From Pedobacter sp. (lineage in GTDB: Bacteria; Desulfobacterota; Desulfuromonadia; Desulfuromonadales; Syntrophotaleaceae): a DNA stretch of 64,000 bases. The stretch spans positions 128,001 through 192,000 of the forward strand of contig JBFWJC010000004.1 in NCBI GenBank assembly GCA_050253415.1, written 5' to 3'. Shown piece by piece: positions 62,717-64,000 of this stretch (positions within the stretch are counted from its first letter, which is position 1; each line of letters begins with the position of its first letter). The notes below the pieces were generated by a model, which did not search any database, had not been told where the DNA came from, and saw nothing but the letters and a program-made list of their open reading frames with translations. The position numbers and the translations under genes are program-made.

Positions 62717-63700
62717 TTATGCAACCCTGTCGGCACTTCCGACCACATTACGGTTTTTATGTGTAATCAGGTCGATGAGTTCCTGGCGACCCGCTCCAAG
62801 ATATTTCCGGGGGTCGAACTCCTTGGGGTTGTTAGCCAGATATTCCCGCACTTTGGCGGTCATGGCCAACCGTCCGTCAGAATCAATATTGATTTTACAC
62901 ACCGCGCTGGATGCGGCTCGACGCAACTGCTCTTCGGATACCCCTACCGCCCCCTCCAGGTTTCCACCGTAACGGTTGATCAGTTCGATATAGGCCGGCA
63001 CCACGCTTGATGAGCCGTGCAGCACAATAGGAAAGCCGGGGATACGCTCCTCTACCTCGGAGAGAATATCGAAACGTAACGGCGGGGGTTCCTCTCCCGG
63101 TTTAACCTTGAATTTGTAAGCCCCATGGCTGGTCCCTATGGAAATAGCCAGAGAATCAACGCCCGTCTTACGGACAAAATCCTCAACCTCCTCAGGCTTG
63201 GTGTAGGTCGAATGTTCGGCGACAACCTCATCTTCGATACCGGCCAGCACACCCAATTCTCCCTCAACGGTAACATCGTGAGCATGGGCATATTCAACCA
63301 CCTTGCGTGTCAGAGCGACATTATCATCGTAAGAGAGGTGAGACCCGTCGATCATAACCGATGAAAATCCGGACTCGATACAGGACTGACACAACTCGAA
63401 AGAGTCGCCGTGGTCCAGATGTAAAGCGATAGGGATACTGGACCCCATTTCACGCGCCATACGTACTGCCCCCATCGCCATATAGCGCAGCATGGTCGCA
63501 TTGGCGTACTTACGAGCCCCGTTACTTACTTGAATAATGACAGGCGAGGCGGTCGCCGCACAGGCCTGAATAATAGCCTGCAACTGTTCAAGATTATTAA
63601 AATTGTAAGCAGGAACAGCATAACCTCCTGCCATTGCCTTACGGAACATATCGCGCGTATTAACCAACCCCAAGTCTTTATAATGGGTTACTTCCGCCAT
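62717..63700 (-). CDS. fba: Class II fructose-1,6-bisphosphate aldolase
   Basis: HLDHG, SVMIDGSH, VEGELG, GTSHGAYK, VLHGSS and KINID motifs. Confidence 0.95.
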   Translation of the reverse strand: MAEVTHYKDLGLVNTRDMFRKAMAGGYAVPAYNFNNLEQLQAIIQACAATASPVIIQVSNGARKYANATMLRYMAMGAVRMAREMGSSIPIALHLDHGDSFELCQSCIESGFSSVMIDGSHLSYDDNVALTRKVVEYAHAHDVTVEGELGVLAGIEDEVVAEHSTYTKPEEVEDFVRKTGVDSLAISIGTSHGAYKFKVKPGEEPPPLRFDILSEVEERIPGFPIVLHGSSSVVPAYIELINRYGGNLEGAVGVSEEQLRRAASSAVCKINIDSDGRLAMTAKVREYLANNPKEFDPRKYLGAGRQELIDLITHKNRNVVGSADRVA

Positions 63701-64000
63701 AACCTGCAACCTCCTTGTCGGTGTTGTGAATCAAAATGCTTCCCGGTCGGGTGGTTAGCGCCCCCCATTATTGCAGCATCCAGATTGAGTAAAAACTACC
63801 AGAAATTACCAACAAATGATTGAAAAGGCAAGACACTTGGTTTAGAATAAGAGGGTTTTAAACAGCCCTCAAAGAGTTCTTATGCTGGGCTGAATACCAA
63901 GCGGTGCAAATGTCGTGCACGCACGTTCTGCGCCCCTTGCCTCCCGGATAATCCTAGCGCTTATTAATAACAGATATGAGTGCGAAGTCCAGCCAAAAGT

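Overview
Bacterial chromosomal window. Gene content and order suggest a Desulfuromonadia (Pelobacter/Syntrophotalea/Geobacter-like) organism; this is inferred, not searched. The first ~36.5 kb is core housekeeping DNA: the start of the dcw cluster (mraZ to partial murG), a CNNM/CorC protein, ligA-acyP, rsmI-nadE-yraN-rnhB, the ffh-rpsP-khpA-rimM-trmD-rplS block, dciA, system II cytochrome c biogenesis genes, purHDE, an ASKHA/RACo-like ATPase, alr, and a TPP-riboswitch-controlled thiE/thiD fusion plus thiC. The remainder is accessory: a PagL-like deacylase, an SDR, an HD-GYP protein, a GntR-trpB-trpA operon, a HAD hydrolase, an RND pump, a MATE transporter, a sulfotransferase, a diguanylate cyclase, UDP-xylose synthase, a GT2 and fba. 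The most striking element is a RiPP-like cluster at ~49.8-55.8 kb. It encodes a stand-alone RRE (PqqD), a lasso-type leader peptidase, a 37-aa precursor with a lasso-type leader (YQEPTL...ITE|GVAMVVSGAPDPT) that the ORF track misses, and a degenerate second precursor copy. It also encodes an HPr-kinase-like kinase, a nucleotidyltransferase, a B12-dependent radical SAM enzyme and a GT4. No lasso cyclase is present and the core lacks an Asp/Glu at positions 7-9. A divergently transcribed 58-aa ferredoxin with non-Cys residues in both cluster motifs lies next to it. No rRNA, tRNA, CRISPR array or transposase was seen.
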